A stretch of 64,000 nt of DNA. It comes from Pseudoxanthomonas sp. Its GTDB lineage: Bacteria; Pseudomonadota; Gammaproteobacteria; Xanthomonadales; Xanthomonadaceae. The position numbers and the translations under genes were made by a program. The notes beneath the pieces are model-generated. The model did not search any database. It had not been told where the DNA came from and saw only the letters and a list, made by a program, of their open reading frames with translations. The stretch is taken from positions 492,879 through 556,878 of the forward strand of contig JASGJT010000001.1 in assembly GCA_047601105.1 (NCBI GenBank), in the 5' to 3' direction. Below are positions 9,379-20,148 of the stretch, piece after piece. The stretch's first letter is position 1. Each line of letters opens with the position of its first letter.

Positions 9379-10669
9379 CCGGCAGTCGCCGCAGTCGTGC
9401 GTAGAAGAACCCGTCCGCACCGCCCTCGCCCGGAAAGCATTGCCGGCCTGCTCCGCTGGCATGACCGAAGCGGTCATCCAACAGTTCCGCGCATGCGTCC
9501 GGCGTGCATTGCAGGAAACGTTCGATCTGGCGTTCGTTTTCGTCCTTCAATATCGAACAGGTGGCATAGACGAGTACGCCGCCGGGACGCAGGGTTTTCC
9601 ATAGTGCGTCGAGCAGGCGCGCTTGCAAGGCGGTCAGTACGGCGATGTCTTCGGCACGACGGTGCAGCAGCACGTCGGGCTGGCGGCGGACGATGCCGGT
9701 GGCGCTGCATGGGGCATCCAGCAGGATCGCGTCGAAGGGGTCGCCATTCCACCAGGCGGCGGTATCGCTGGCGTCGGCAGCCTGCAATTGCGCCTGCACG
9801 CCGACACGGGCCAGGGTGTCGCCGACTTTCGCCAGGCGGCGTGCATCGACATCCAGTGCCAGCACACGCAGTGATGCGTCGCGTTCGAGCAGGTGCGCGG
9901 TCTTGCCGCCGGGAGCGGCGCAGGCGTCGAGTACGTTTGCACCGGGTGGCGGTGCGAGCGCATCGGCGACTTGCTGCGCGGAGGCGTCCTGTACGGAAAC
10001 CTCGCCATCGGCAAAGCCGGGCAGGTCGACGACGGCGATGGATTCGTCGATGCGGATGGCATCGGCCAATGCGTTGTCGATGGAGAAGGCGATGCCGGCT
10101 TCGCACAGTTTTTCAGCGTATTCGTCGCGGATCGACTTGCCGCGATTGACGCGCAGCCACAGCGGCGCAGGCTGCGCGCTGGCGGCGTAGACCTGCGCGG
10201 TATGTTGCGGCCAGTCGGCCTCGATTTTCCTGCGCAGCCAGACCGGCCATGCAGCGGAATCATCGGCGGTGGGCAGGCCTTCACGCTGGGCGCGGCGCAA
10301 CAGCGCGTTGACCATGCTGGCCTGGTGCGGGCGGCCGAGGGTGCGTACGGCTTCCACCGTGGCCGAGAGTGCGGCGTGCGCGGGCAGTTGCAATGCGTCG
10401 AGTTGAGCGAAGCCGGCCAGCAACAGGGCGCGCAGTTCGCCGTCCTTTGCGCCGAGTGGTTTCTGCATCCACGCGCGCAGGGCCGCGTCATAGCGCGCAC
10501 GCTGGCGCAGGGCGGCGAAGCAGATCGCTTCGAGCAAGGCGCGGTCGCGCGGGTCGGTGATCTTTGGCAGGGTTGATGCCAGTTCGGCCTTCAACGAACG
10601 GCCTTGCAGCACGGCGTCTAGGGTTTTCGCGGCAAAGACGCGGATGGAGACGCCGGCAAGGCTATTCAT
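9374..10669 (-). CDS. rsmB: 16S rRNA m5C967 methyltransferase RsmB
   Basis: NusB-like N-terminus; [35 protein letters not shown] and DGFFYA motifs; follows fmt. Confidence 0.95.
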   Translation of the reverse strand: MNSLAGVSIRVFAAKTLDAVLQGRSLKAELASTLPKITDPRDRALLEAICFAALRQRARYDAALRAWMQKPLGAKDGELRALLLAGFAQLDALQLPAHAALSATVEAVRTLGRPHQASMVNALLRRAQREGLPTADDSAAWPVWLRRKIEADWPQHTAQVYAASAQPAPLWLRVNRGKSIRDEYAEKLCEAGIAFSIDNALADAIRIDESIAVVDLPGFADGEVSVQDASAQQVADALAPPPGANVLDACAAPGGKTAHLLERDASLRVLALDVDARRLAKVGDTLARVGVQAQLQAADASDTAAWWNGDPFDAILLDAPCSATGIVRRQPDVLLHRRAEDIAVLTALQARLLDALWKTLRPGGVLVYATCSILKDENERQIERFLQCTPDACAELLDDRFGHASGAGRQCFPGEGGADGFFYARLRRLPE

Positions 10670-11594
10670 GCCGCGCACGTTCCAGCAAGTCGCGGCGTGC
10701 ATTGAGGTAATCGGCGGCGGAAACCGGCTTGCCGCCTTCGCGCTGCACGCGCAACAGGCGCAGTGCGCCTTCGCCGCAAGCAATGTCGATGCCGTGCTTG
10801 CTGGCGGCGATCACGCGGCCATGTTCGGAAACGAAAACCGCCGGCAAGGCGATGGCATCAAAAATGCGCAGGCGCTCGCCAGCAACTTGTGCTTCGGCAA
10901 CGGGCCACGGATTGAAGGCGCGGACTTTGCGGGCCAGTGCTTGCGCGCTTTGCGACCAGTCGAGTCTGGCTTCGGCCTTGTCCAGCTTGTGCGCGTAGGT
11001 CACGCCCTCGGCCGGTTGCGGTTGCGCAGGCGGCAGGCTGCCGTCATGCAATTTCCGCAGGCCATCGGCCAGGGCTTGCGCGCCCAGTGCGGCGAGCTTG
11101 TCGTGCAGGGTGCCGCCGGTTTCATCATCGGTGATGTCGATGCACGATTCCAGGATAACCGGGCCGGCGTCCAAACCGGCTTCCATCTGCATCAGGCACA
11201 CGCCGGTTTGCGCATCGCCGGCTTCGATGGCGCGCTGGATCGGTGCTGCCCCGCGCCAGCGCGGCAGCAAGGATGCATGCACGTTCCAGCAGCCGTGGCG
11301 CGGGATGGCAAGGATTTTCTTCGGCAGGATCAGGCCGTAGGCGACCACGACCATCAAATCGGCATCGAAGGCGCGCAATTGTTCGCGCGCGGCTTCGCCT
11401 TTCAAGGTTTCCGGCTGGAACACGGGGATGCCCAAGCCCAGCGCGGCCTGCTTGACCGGCGAAGCCTGCAAGCCACGCCCGCGCCCGGCCGGCCGATCGG
11501 GCTGGGTGAAGACGGCCACGACTTCGCCACCCGCCGCAGCGGCATGCAGCGCGGGAACGGCGAAGTCGGGGGTGCCGGCGAAGATGATTTTCAT
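10662..11594 (-). CDS. fmt: Methionyl-tRNA formyltransferase
   Basis: [51 protein letters not shown]. Confidence 0.97.
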   Translation of the reverse strand: MKIIFAGTPDFAVPALHAAAAGGEVVAVFTQPDRPAGRGRGLQASPVKQAALGLGIPVFQPETLKGEAAREQLRAFDADLMVVVAYGLILPKKILAIPRHGCWNVHASLLPRWRGAAPIQRAIEAGDAQTGVCLMQMEAGLDAGPVILESCIDITDDETGGTLHDKLAALGAQALADGLRKLHDGSLPPAQPQPAEGVTYAHKLDKAEARLDWSQSAQALARKVRAFNPWPVAEAQVAGERLRIFDAIALPAVFVSEHGRVIAASKHGIDIACGEGALRLLRVQREGGKPVSAADYLNARRDLLERARHE

Positions 11595-11597
11595 TTT

Positions 11598-11694
11598 TTT
11601 TGCTCGTCATTCCCGCGCAGGCGGGAATCGCTCTTGTTTTTCGCGAAAGCAACAGCAAGAGCGATTCCCGCCTGCGCGGGAATGACGAGCAAAA
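11598..11694. repeat. REP/MITE-like palindrome, perfect 39-bp inverted arms
   Basis: ttttgctcgtcattcccgcgcaggcgggaatcgctcttg (11598-11636) and its exact reverse complement at 11656-11694. Confidence 0.92.
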
Positions 11695-11715
11695 GCGAAA
11701 CGCGCTTCACCAGAA

Positions 11716-12234
11716 TCACGAATCCCGGCTCTTCCGCAACTTCTCCAGCTTCTTGATCGCGCGGTCGCGCTTGAGCGGAGACAGGTGGTCGATGAACAGC
11801 TTGCCGTCCAGATGGTCGATTTCATGCAGCACGCAGGTGGCCAGCAGGCCGTCGGTGCGCAGTTCGAACGGTTTGCCGTGGCGATCCAGCGCTTCGACCA
11901 CGATGCCGTCGGCGCGGGTCACGTCGGCGAAGATGCCGGGGATCGACAGGCAGCCTTCCTGGTAGGAACGCAGTTCCACCGAGCGCTCGCGGACCACCGG
12001 GTTGATGAACACCAACGGCTGCTCGCGGCCTTCGGTCACGTCGATCACCATGAAGCGCTGGTGGGTGTTGACCTGGGTCGCCGCCAAGCCGATGCCGGGG
12101 GCCTCGTACATGGTCTGGAACATGTCGTCCAGCAGGCGCTGGAAGGCCGGGTCGGCCAGGTGCGCGGCGTCCACCGGCGCGGCCAGGGTGCGCAGGCGGG
12201 GGTCGGGAAATTCAAGGATCGGGAGCAGGGACAT
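11716..12234 (-). CDS. def: Peptide deformylase
   Basis: [19 protein letters not shown] motifs. Confidence 0.97.
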   Translation of the reverse strand: MSLLPILEFPDPRLRTLAAPVDAAHLADPAFQRLLDDMFQTMYEAPGIGLAATQVNTHQRFMVIDVTEGREQPLVFINPVVRERSVELRSYQEGCLSIPGIFADVTRADGIVVEALDRHGKPFELRTDGLLATCVLHEIDHLDGKLFIDHLSPLKRDRAIKKLEKLRKSRDS

Positions 12235-12366
12235 GGGCTTTGAACGGGCGGGTGACCGGGAGAATCCGGCAGCAACGCACGAATTCTAACGCCAACGCTT
12301 GCCCAATGCCCCCGGATCTGGACTATAGTTCGCCGTCCACCTGTGGGGAATCAGGTACATACCGCC

Positions 12367-13533
12367 ATGTTCAAGAAAATTTCTACGGTTCTCGCCGCCG
12401 CTGCCCTGACCGTGGCCACCGCCACCGTCGCTGCCCAGATGAGCGAAGGTCACCCTGACTCCTACGTGGTGCGCAAGGGCGACACCCTGTGGGACATCTC
12501 GGCCAAGTTCCTGAAAAGGCCGTGGCTGTGGCCGGAAATCTGGCAGGCCAATCCGCAAATCAAGAATCCGCACCTGATCTATCCAGGCGACGTGGTCAGC
12601 TTGGCCTATCTGGACCGCGTGGCGGTGCAGCCCGGCTCGCGCCAGGATGCCCCGGTGAACGGCGTGCCGCTGTCCGATGTCGAGCCGTTCCTGAAGAACC
12701 TGCGCGTGGTCGATGGCTACGAGCACCTGCCGCGCGTGGTTGGTTTCGAGGACAACCGCCTGCGCGCTGCCGGCGGGCAACTGGTCTACGTGCTCGGCCA
12801 GAACACCGCCCAACCCGGCGAGCGCTATGCGCTGTTGCGTCCGACCCTGCGCTACACCCAGACCCGAGTGAACTCCTCTGGCGAATACCTGGCCTATCGC
12901 GAGGACCTGGACTATCGCGGCAAGCGCCTGAAAGGCGTCACCGCCGATGCCGAACGCGGCTGGTCCACCTCGGCCTTGGCCGAAGGCCCGCTGGAGCTGC
13001 TCGGCTATGAAATGAAGCAGGTCGCCGTGGGCACCGTGACCCGTGGCCGCTTGACCAGCTCGGACACCATCACCCTGCAACTGGAAGGCAACGGCTTCGA
13101 AGCGCGCATCGGCGACCGCATCGTGCCGGTCGAAGCACAACCCTACGACCTGCAATTCTTCCCGCACGCGCCCAGGTCATCGCTGCCAGCAGGCAAGTTG
13201 CAGATCGCCGCCGTGGCCGATGCCTATCTGGCTGCCGGCCCGCGCGACGTGGTGGCCATTTCCGGCGGTATCCGCGACGGCATCGACAACGGCACGGTGT
13301 TCTCGGTGTGGCGCCAGGGCAGCCACGTCAAGGATCGCCTGCGCCATCCGGAATCCTCGGTCATCGACGACGCCAAGTACGACGGTGCCGGCCGCATCAC
13401 CCTGCCGGACGAATACGCCGCCCATGTGATGGTGTTCCGCGCCTTCGACAAGGTCAGCTATGCGCTGGTCATGGAAGGCACCAAGCCTGCCAAGGTCGGT
13501 TACGAACTGAAGCATCCGGACGCGACGTACTGA
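12367..13533 (+). CDS. LysM peptidoglycan-binding protein (TsaP-like)
   Basis: Signal peptide, YVVRKGDTLWDIS and NPHLIYPGD LysM motif; conserved position between def and dprA. Confidence 0.88.
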   Translation: MFKKISTVLAAAALTVATATVAAQMSEGHPDSYVVRKGDTLWDISAKFLKRPWLWPEIWQANPQIKNPHLIYPGDVVSLAYLDRVAVQPGSRQDAPVNGVPLSDVEPFLKNLRVVDGYEHLPRVVGFEDNRLRAAGGQLVYVLGQNTAQPGERYALLRPTLRYTQTRVNSSGEYLAYREDLDYRGKRLKGVTADAERGWSTSALAEGPLELLGYEMKQVAVGTVTRGRLTSSDTITLQLEGNGFEARIGDRIVPVEAQPYDLQFFPHAPRSSLPAGKLQIAAVADAYLAAGPRDVVAISGGIRDGIDNGTVFSVWRQGSHVKDRLRHPESSVIDDAKYDGAGRITLPDEYAAHVMVFRAFDKVSYALVMEGTKPAKVGYELKHPDATY

Positions 13534-13616
13534 CGTACTGACTATCAGAATTTTCCTACGCAACACCCCGACGGCACCTGATGGTGCCGTCGTCGTTTCC
13601 GGCCCAGTCTGGCCGC

Positions 13617-14753
13617 ATGAACGACATCGACGAAGCCACCCTCGCCCTGCTGCAACTGGCCCTGCCCACGAACGCGGCGGCCAAGCGTCGCGCCCTGCTG
13701 GACGCGCACGGCGGCGATGCCGTTGCCGCACTGGCCCGTGCCAGGCACCGCAGTGGCGGGCTGGATGACGCCCTGCGCACGCAACTGGCCACGCCGCCGG
13801 CCGACGTGTGGCAGGCCGCACTGCACTGGCTGCAACAACCGCGCCACCACCTGATCGGCTGGAACAGCCCGGATTACCCGGCGCTGCTGCGGCGCATCGC
13901 CAGCCCGCCATTTGCGCTGTTCGTCGAAGGCGACCCGGCCCTGCTCTGGCACCCGGCCGTGGCCGTGGTCGGCAGCCGTTCGCCCACTGCCGGCGGGCGC
14001 GACAACGCCCGCGATTTCTCCCGTGCACTTGCCGCGGCCGGCCTGTGCGTGGGCAGCGGCATGGCCGCCGGCATCGACACCGCCGCGCACACCGCCGCCT
14101 TGTCGGTCGAAGGCGGCCTCACCGTGGCCGTGCTCGGCACTGGCCCGGACATTGCCTATCCGTCCAGCAACGCCGCTCTGCGTGAACGCATCGTCGAACG
14201 CGGCGCGGTGCTCAGCGAACACCCGCCAGGCACCCGCGCCAAGGCCAGTCATTTCCCCAGCCGCAACCGCATCCTCGCCGGCTTGTCGCTAGGCACGCTG
14301 GTGGTGGAAGCGGCCGAGCGCTCCGGCGCGCTGATCACCGCCCGCCTGGCCGCCGAGGCTGGCCGCGAGGTCTTCGCCATACCCGGCTCGATCCACAACC
14401 CGATGGCGCGTGGCTGCCATCGCCTGATCCGCGACGGCGCGGCCCTGGTCGAAAGCGCCGGCGAACTGGTCGCCTCGCTGGCCCCGCTGGCGGCCGAATT
14501 GGCCGGCGAACTGCGCGGTCGTCTGTCCAGCGAGGCGGTTCCCGAGGCCGTTCCCACGCTTGGCTGCGGCCCCGCCATGCCGGACCCCGACTACCAGAAC
14601 TTGTGGCAAGCCCTCGGCCACGACCCAAGCCCTATGGATATATTGGTCGAACGCAGTGGATTGACGGCACCGCAACTGTCGTCCATGCTGCTGCTCATGG
14701 AACTGGATGGAAGGGTATCGGTCGAACACGGCCGCTACTCGCGGAAGTCGTAG
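13617..14753 (+). CDS. dprA: DNA-processing protein DprA (Smf)
   Basis: [48 protein letters not shown]; C-terminal winged helix. Confidence 0.95.
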   Translation: MNDIDEATLALLQLALPTNAAAKRRALLDAHGGDAVAALARARHRSGGLDDALRTQLATPPADVWQAALHWLQQPRHHLIGWNSPDYPALLRRIASPPFALFVEGDPALLWHPAVAVVGSRSPTAGGRDNARDFSRALAAAGLCVGSGMAAGIDTAAHTAALSVEGGLTVAVLGTGPDIAYPSSNAALRERIVERGAVLSEHPPGTRAKASHFPSRNRILAGLSLGTLVVEAAERSGALITARLAAEAGREVFAIPGSIHNPMARGCHRLIRDGAALVESAGELVASLAPLAAELAGELRGRLSSEAVPEAVPTLGCGPAMPDPDYQNLWQALGHDPSPMDILVERSGLTAPQLSSMLLLMELDGRVSVEHGRYSRKS

Positions 14754-14797
14754 ATCCCCCACTCCACCGTGCCGGCACGGCACAGGCCGAGGGCCAC

Positions 14798-15271
14798 GTG
14801 AAAGAAAGCATCCTGGACGTCCTGCTGTACCTGTTCGAGCACTACTTCACTGAAGACGCCGACCCCGTCCGCGACCGCGATTCACTGCAAAATGGCCTGC
14901 TCCAGGCCGGTTTCAGCCCCGCCGAGATCAACCGCGCCTTCGACTGGCTCGACACCCTGGCCGAACTACGCCCCAGCGCGACGCCGCCGCGCATCGGCGG
15001 CCCCACCCGCATCTACCACGACACCGAGCTGGAAAAGCTGGACGTGGAGTGCCGCGGCTTCCTGCTGTACCTGGAACAGCACGGCGTGCTCGATGCCGAC
15101 CAGCGCGAGTTGGTGCTGGACCGGGCAATGGCCCTGGACCAGGACGAACTGGATCTGGATGACCTGAAGTGGGTGGTGCTGATGGTGCTGTTCAACCAGC
15201 CCGGCAGCGAAGCGGCCTATGCGTGGATGGAAACGCAGATGTACGACGACGAACCGGAACCGGTGCATTGA
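14798..15271 (+). CDS. smg: Smg / DUF494 family protein
   Basis: GTG start [40 protein letters not shown]; follows dprA. Confidence 0.9.
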   Translation: MKESILDVLLYLFEHYFTEDADPVRDRDSLQNGLLQAGFSPAEINRAFDWLDTLAELRPSATPPRIGGPTRIYHDTELEKLDVECRGFLLYLEQHGVLDADQRELVLDRAMALDQDELDLDDLKWVVLMVLFNQPGSEAAYAWMETQMYDDEPEPVH

Positions 15272-15774
15272 GCGCGCCGCCGCTGCCTTCGTCCCGCCTC
15301 GCCCAGAACACGACTTCCGCGCAACGCCCGCCCGGCCTGTCCGCCGGCAAGATCACGCTGATCGTGATTGCCGCCTGCGTGATCCCGGCGATCGGGGTGC
15401 TCGGCATCATTGCCGCGATCGCGGTGCCGGCGTACCACGACTACACGCTGCGCGCCAAGGTGATGGAAGCGGTGGCCACCGCAGCCCCGCTTGAAGCCGC
15501 GGTCGCCGTCTTCCACGCGCAGAACGAGCGCTGTCCGGTCAATGGCGAGGAAGGCTTCGATGACGTCGAAAGCTACACCGGCGGCCGCATCGCGGCGATC
15601 ACGGTCGGCGAATTCGACGATGGCACCTGCGGCCTCGAACTGCACGTGCAGGGCACCGGCAACGACCGTATCGACGGCAAGGCGATGTGGTTCGAACTGG
15701 ACACCAAAGCCGGCAGCTGGACCTGCTCCTCGGAAATCGAGGACAAGTACCTGCCGCAGTCCTGTCGCGGGTAA
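15268..15774 (+). CDS. Pilin-domain protein lacking a canonical prepilin cleavage site
   Basis: [23 protein letters not shown] resembles the type IVa pilin alpha-1 helix; C-terminal WTC...KYLPQSCR disulfide loop; probable TTG start overlapping the smg stop. Confidence 0.78.
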   Translation: MSAPPLPSSRLAQNTTSAQRPPGLSAGKITLIVIAACVIPAIGVLGIIAAIAVPAYHDYTLRAKVMEAVATAAPLEAAVAVFHAQNERCPVNGEEGFDDVESYTGGRIAAITVGEFDDGTCGLELHVQGTGNDRIDGKAMWFELDTKAGSWTCSSEIEDKYLPQSCRG

Positions 15775-15788
15775 CCTGCGCGAATGCT

Positions 15789-15830
15789 TTTCGCTCGTCA
15801 TTCGCGCGCAGACGGGAATGATGAGCAAAA
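15789..15830. repeat. Short degenerate copy of the REP-like palindrome
   Basis: gctcgtcattc-gcgcgcagacgg-gaatgatgagc-aaaa. Confidence 0.75.
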
Positions 15831-15902
15831 ACCATATTTTTTCTGGCGCACCAAGCCGCGCATGCGGTAACGTCGCCGGCGATTTTCATCCGGGGAAAAA
15901 CA

Positions 15903-16919
15903 ATGACGCAGTGGTATTACGCCGACCGCAACCGCCAACGGCAGGGGCCGATCGGAGCGACCGAACTGGCCGACCTGTTCCGCAAAGGCCAGGTCGCGCC
16001 GGAGACGCTGGTGTGGCGCGACGGCTTGCCGCAGTGGCAGGCGCTGGGCGATTTTGCCGGCGAACTGGGCCTGCTGGACGATGCACCGGCCGCGCCGGCA
16101 GCCCCGTTGTCGCTGCAAGGCGATGACGGCAGCGAACCGGCCGAGGCACCAGCCGACGCCGCGCCGGCCAGCGGCCGTGCCGTGTTCGAGGCACGCGAAC
16201 CCAGCTACACCCACTACGCCAGCTCCGGCAGCGACAACGATGCGCAGCCGGATTCGCCCTATGCCGCGCCGGCCGCCAGCGTCGAAGCCTGGTCCGCGCC
16301 GGTGCAAGGTGGCGAAGTGGTGCATGCCGGGCTGTGGCGGCGCTTCGCCGCGTCGATCATCGACAGCTTCGTCACCGGCATGCTGTCCTATGCGTTGCTG
16401 ATCCCGTTGATGCTGATGTTCGGCATCGGCCTGGGCAGCCTGGCAGGGGCGGACTTCGCCAGCGGCGGCCTTTCCATCAGCTTCCTCGTGCTCCAGTACA
16501 CGATCAGCATCGGCGTGCCGGCAGCGTACTTCGGCTGGATGCAGTCCTCCGGCAACATGGCCAGCCTCGGCAAGATGGCTGTGGGGGTGAAGGTGGTGCG
16601 CAGCGACGGCGAGCGCCTGAGCTTCTGGCGCAGCTTCCTGCGCTACATCGCGCTGATCCTGTTTGCGGTGGTCACCTGTGGCCTGGGCATGCTCATTTCC
16701 GGCCTGATGGTGGCCTTCACCGAGCGCAAGCAGGGCGTGCACGACATGGTCTGCGACACCCTCGTGGTGGACAAATGGGCCTTCACCGATCACCCGGAAT
16801 GGCAGCAGCAAGGGCTGGGTACGGTGACCATCGTGGTGCTGGCCATCTTCGGCGGCCTGATGGCGCTGGCCGTGGTTGCCGTCGTGGCCGCCATCGCCAT
16901 TGCGGCGGGCGCCCGCTGA
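15903..16919 (+). CDS. GYF_2 (DUF4339) plus RDD domain membrane protein
   Basis: WYY...QGPI...LVWRDGLPQW N-terminus; HAGLWRRFAASIID, ASLGKMAVGVKVV, KQGVHDMVCDTLVV RDD motifs. Confidence 0.85.
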   Translation: MTQWYYADRNRQRQGPIGATELADLFRKGQVAPETLVWRDGLPQWQALGDFAGELGLLDDAPAAPAAPLSLQGDDGSEPAEAPADAAPASGRAVFEAREPSYTHYASSGSDNDAQPDSPYAAPAASVEAWSAPVQGGEVVHAGLWRRFAASIIDSFVTGMLSYALLIPLMLMFGIGLGSLAGADFASGGLSISFLVLQYTISIGVPAAYFGWMQSSGNMASLGKMAVGVKVVRSDGERLSFWRSFLRYIALILFAVVTCGLGMLISGLMVAFTERKQGVHDMVCDTLVVDKWAFTDHPEWQQQGLGTVTIVVLAIFGGLMALAVVAVVAAIAIAAGAR

Positions 16920-17087
16920 CCCACCGGGCGGGTCGGGCTTGACAGCCCGGCCCGGTCCGTGATTCCACTATAAATAGCGTGAAGCTGAACGCCCGGGACT
17001 CCAATCCCGGGCGTTGGCTTCTATCACGGGCCGTTTTGCCCGACCCTTGCCGGCCCGCCGGCACCCCTCAAATCCCGAACCCGCCCC

Positions 17088-19613
17088 ATGTCCAAGCACC
17101 TGCTCATCGTCGAATCGCCCGCCAAGGCCAAGACGATCAACAAATACCTCGGCAAGGACTTCCACGTCCTGGCCAGCTACGGGCACGTGCGCGACCTGGT
17201 GCCGAAGGAAGGCGCGGTCGATCCCGACAACGGCTTCGCGATGCGCTACGAGCTGATCGACAAGAACGAGAAGCACGTCGAAGCCATCGCCAAGGCCGCC
17301 AAGGCCGCCGACGACATCTACCTAGCCACTGACCCGGACCGCGAAGGCGAGGCGATCAGCTGGCACATCGCCGAAATCCTGCGCGAGCGCGGCCTGGACA
17401 CCAAGCCGCTGCACCGCGTGGTATTCACCGAAATCACCCCGCGCGCGATCAAGGAAGCGATGACCCAACCGCGCCGCATCGCCGGGGATCTGGTCGATGC
17501 GCAGCAGGCCCGCCGCGCACTGGACTACCTGGTCGGCTTCAACCTCTCGCCGGTGCTGTGGCGCAAGGTGCAGCGCGGCCTGTCCGCCGGCCGCGTGCAG
17601 TCACCCGCGCTGCGCATGATCGTCGAGCGCGAAGAAGAGATCGAAGCCTTCATCAAGCAGGAATACTGGACGATTGAAGCAGCCTGCGCGCATCCGTCGC
17701 AGTCGTTCAATGCCAAGCTGACCAAGCTGGATGGCAAGAAGTTCGAGCAGTTCACCATCACCGATGGCGATACCGCCGAAAGCGCACGCACGCGCATCGT
17801 GCAAGCCGCGCAAGGCGCGCTGCACGTCACCGACGTGGCCAGCAAGGAGCGCAAGCGCCGCCCCGCGCCACCGTTCACCACCTCGACCCTGCAACAGGAA
17901 GCCAGCCGCAAACTCGGCTTCACCACCCGCAAGACCATGCAGGTGGCGCAGAAACTGTACGAAGGCGTCGCCATCGGCGACGAAGGCACGGTCGGCCTGA
18001 TCAGCTACATGCGTACCGACTCGGTGAACCTGAGCGTCGATGCGCTGGGCGAGATCCGCGACGTGATCGCGCGCGACTACGGCACCGCCTCGCTGCCGGA
18101 CAAGCCCAACTTCTACCAGACCAAGTCCAAGAACGCGCAGGAAGCGCACGAAGCCGTGCGTCCGACTTCCGCGCTGCGCACGCCGGCGCAGGTGTCGCGC
18201 TACCTGTCCGACGACGAGCGCAAGCTGTACGAACTGGTGTGGAAGCGCACCGTCGCCTGCCAGATGATCCCGGCCACCTTGAACACGGTCAGCGTTGACT
18301 TGGCCGCCGGTTCCGAACACAGCTTCCGCGCCAGCGGCACCACCGTGGTCGTGCCCGGCTTCCTGGCCGTGTATGAAGAAGGCAAGGACAGCAAGAACGC
18401 CGAGGACGACGACGAAGGCCGCAAGCTGCCGGCGATGAAGCCCGGCGACCGCGTGCCGCTGGACCGCATCCACGCCGACCAGCACTTCACCCAGCCGCCG
18501 CCACGCTTCACCGAAGCGGCACTGGTCAAGGCGTTGGAGGAATACGGCATCGGCCGGCCTTCGACCTATGCCTCGATCATCCAGACCCTGCAATTCCGCA
18601 AGTACGTCGAGATGGAAGGCCGCGCCTTCAAGCCCACCGACGTGGGCCGCGCGGTCAGCAAGTTCCTGTCCAGCCACTTCACCCAGTACGTGGATTACGA
18701 CTTCACCGCCAAGATGGAAGACGAACTGGATGCGGTATCGCGCGGCGAGGAGGAATGGGTGCCGCTGATGGAAAAATTCTGGGGCCCGTTCAAGCAACTG
18801 GTCACGGACAAGGCCGAAAGCGTGGATCGCAGCGAGGCCACCGGCGCGCGCGAGCTGGGCACCGATCCGAAATCCGGCAAGCCGGTCAGTGTGCGCCTGG
18901 GCCGTTATGGGCCGTATGCGCAGATCGGCGACAAGGACGTGGACGAGAAGCTGGAATTTGCCAGCCTGCGCCCCGGCCAGTCGATGCACACCATCACCAT
19001 GGAAGATGCCTTGGAGCTGTTCAAGCTGCCGCGCAAGCTGGGCGAGAGCAACGGCGAGGAAGTCAGCGTCGGCATCGGCCGCTTCGGCCCGTTCGCCAAG
19101 CGCGACAGCACCTATGCCTCGCTGAAGAAGGAAGACGACCCGTACACGATCGACCTGACGCGCGCGGTGTTCCTGATCGAGGAAAAGGAAGAAATCGCCC
19201 GCAACCGCATCATCAAGGAATGGGAAGGCAGCGACATCCAGGTCCTGAACGGCCGCTTCGGCCCATACATCAGCGATGGCAAGCTCAACGGCAAGATCCC
19301 GAAGGATCGCGAGCCTGCTTCCTTGTCACTGGCTGAAGTGCAGCAATTGCTCGAAGAAACCGGCAAGCCAGCGCGGCGTGGGTTTGGCGCAAAGAAAACC
19401 GCCACGAAAAAGGCGAGCGCGAAGAAGGAAGCTGCACCGAAGAAAGCCACTGCGAAAAAGGCACCGGCCAAGAAGGCCGTGAAGAAAGCCACGGCGAAGA
19501 AGACGGCTGCAAAGAAAGCCACCGCACCTGCTGCCGAGCCGGCCAAGTCGCTGCTGACCTCGCACAAGCCCACCGAACTGGGCAAGAAGCGCGTGATCAA
19601 GAAACCTGGCTGA
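17088..19613 (+). CDS. topA: DNA topoisomerase I
   Basis: LLIVESPAKAKTI, LATDPDREGEAI, SAGRVQS, ISYMRTDS catalytic Tyr; RFGP-type C-terminal repeats; Lys/Ala-rich tail. Confidence 0.98.
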   Translation: MSKHLLIVESPAKAKTINKYLGKDFHVLASYGHVRDLVPKEGAVDPDNGFAMRYELIDKNEKHVEAIAKAAKAADDIYLATDPDREGEAISWHIAEILRERGLDTKPLHRVVFTEITPRAIKEAMTQPRRIAGDLVDAQQARRALDYLVGFNLSPVLWRKVQRGLSAGRVQSPALRMIVEREEEIEAFIKQEYWTIEAACAHPSQSFNAKLTKLDGKKFEQFTITDGDTAESARTRIVQAAQGALHVTDVASKERKRRPAPPFTTSTLQQEASRKLGFTTRKTMQVAQKLYEGVAIGDEGTVGLISYMRTDSVNLSVDALGEIRDVIARDYGTASLPDKPNFYQTKSKNAQEAHEAVRPTSALRTPAQVSRYLSDDERKLYELVWKRTVACQMIPATLNTVSVDLAAGSEHSFRASGTTVVVPGFLAVYEEGKDSKNAEDDDEGRKLPAMKPGDRVPLDRIHADQHFTQPPPRFTEAALVKALEEYGIGRPSTYASIIQTLQFRKYVEMEGRAFKPTDVGRAVSKFLSSHFTQYVDYDFTAKMEDELDAVSRGEEEWVPLMEKFWGPFKQLVTDKAESVDRSEATGARELGTDPKSGKPVSVRLGRYGPYAQIGDKDVDEKLEFASLRPGQSMHTITMEDALELFKLPRKLGESNGEEVSVGIGRFGPFAKRDSTYASLKKEDDPYTIDLTRAVFLIEEKEEIARNRIIKEWEGSDIQVLNGRFGPYISDGKLNGKIPKDREPASLSLAEVQQLLEETGKPARRGFGAKKTATKKASAKKEAAPKKATAKKAPAKKAVKKATAKKTAAKKATAPAAEPAKSLLTSHKPTELGKKRVIKKPG

Positions 19614-19956
19614 ACCGGCACGCTAGACCTAGCCACGCCCGAACCACACAATCCGCCCCGCCAAAGGCTTCCATCGCCTTATCTTGATTGAGCGATGGAA
19701 TTGAAAGGGAGGCCGGTCCAATGCCGGCGCTGTCCCGCAGCGGCAGGTGGAAACGAAACCGTCAAACGCACTGGAACGCACCGCTTTGCCGCGGGCATTC
19801 CGGGAAGCGACGGCCGTAGGCGCAGGCAACACGTCCACGAGCCCGAAGACCTGCCTTTGGCCGGCGCGTCATATCAACGCGCCGCCTGTGACCGGAGCTT
19901 CCGTGGACAGAAGCGGCTGGTCGATGCGTGACGCGTGGCGTCGCGCAATCGCGAAG

Positions 19957-20133
19957 GAATACCTGGACTGGGTGGTAGACGCCTTCCACATCAGCGCCGG
20001 CGACATAGGCGATGCGACCCAGATCCATACCCACATGTGCTATGCCGAGTTCAACGACATCATCGACGCGGTGGCGACGATGGACGCCGACGTGATCTCG
20101 ATCGAGACGTCGCGCTCGCGGATGGATGCCCTG
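19957..20133 (+). pseudogene. metE: Internal fragment of cobalamin-independent methionine synthase MetE
   Basis: [15 protein letters not shown]...[39 protein letters not shown] matches the MetE Zn-binding HxC region; flanks are not MetE-like. Confidence 0.85.
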
Positions 20134-20148
20134 GCAATTGGCGCCAAT

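Noticed and set aside
9011-9604. ORF with SLRHSVTP repeats
   Set aside because: It is just the translation of the 8-bp repeat and is antisense to rsmB.
16939-16974. TTGACA...TATAAA promoter for topA
   Set aside because: Spacing is 24 bp, and TTGACA lies in the loop of a GC hairpin (16930-16953) after the RDD gene.
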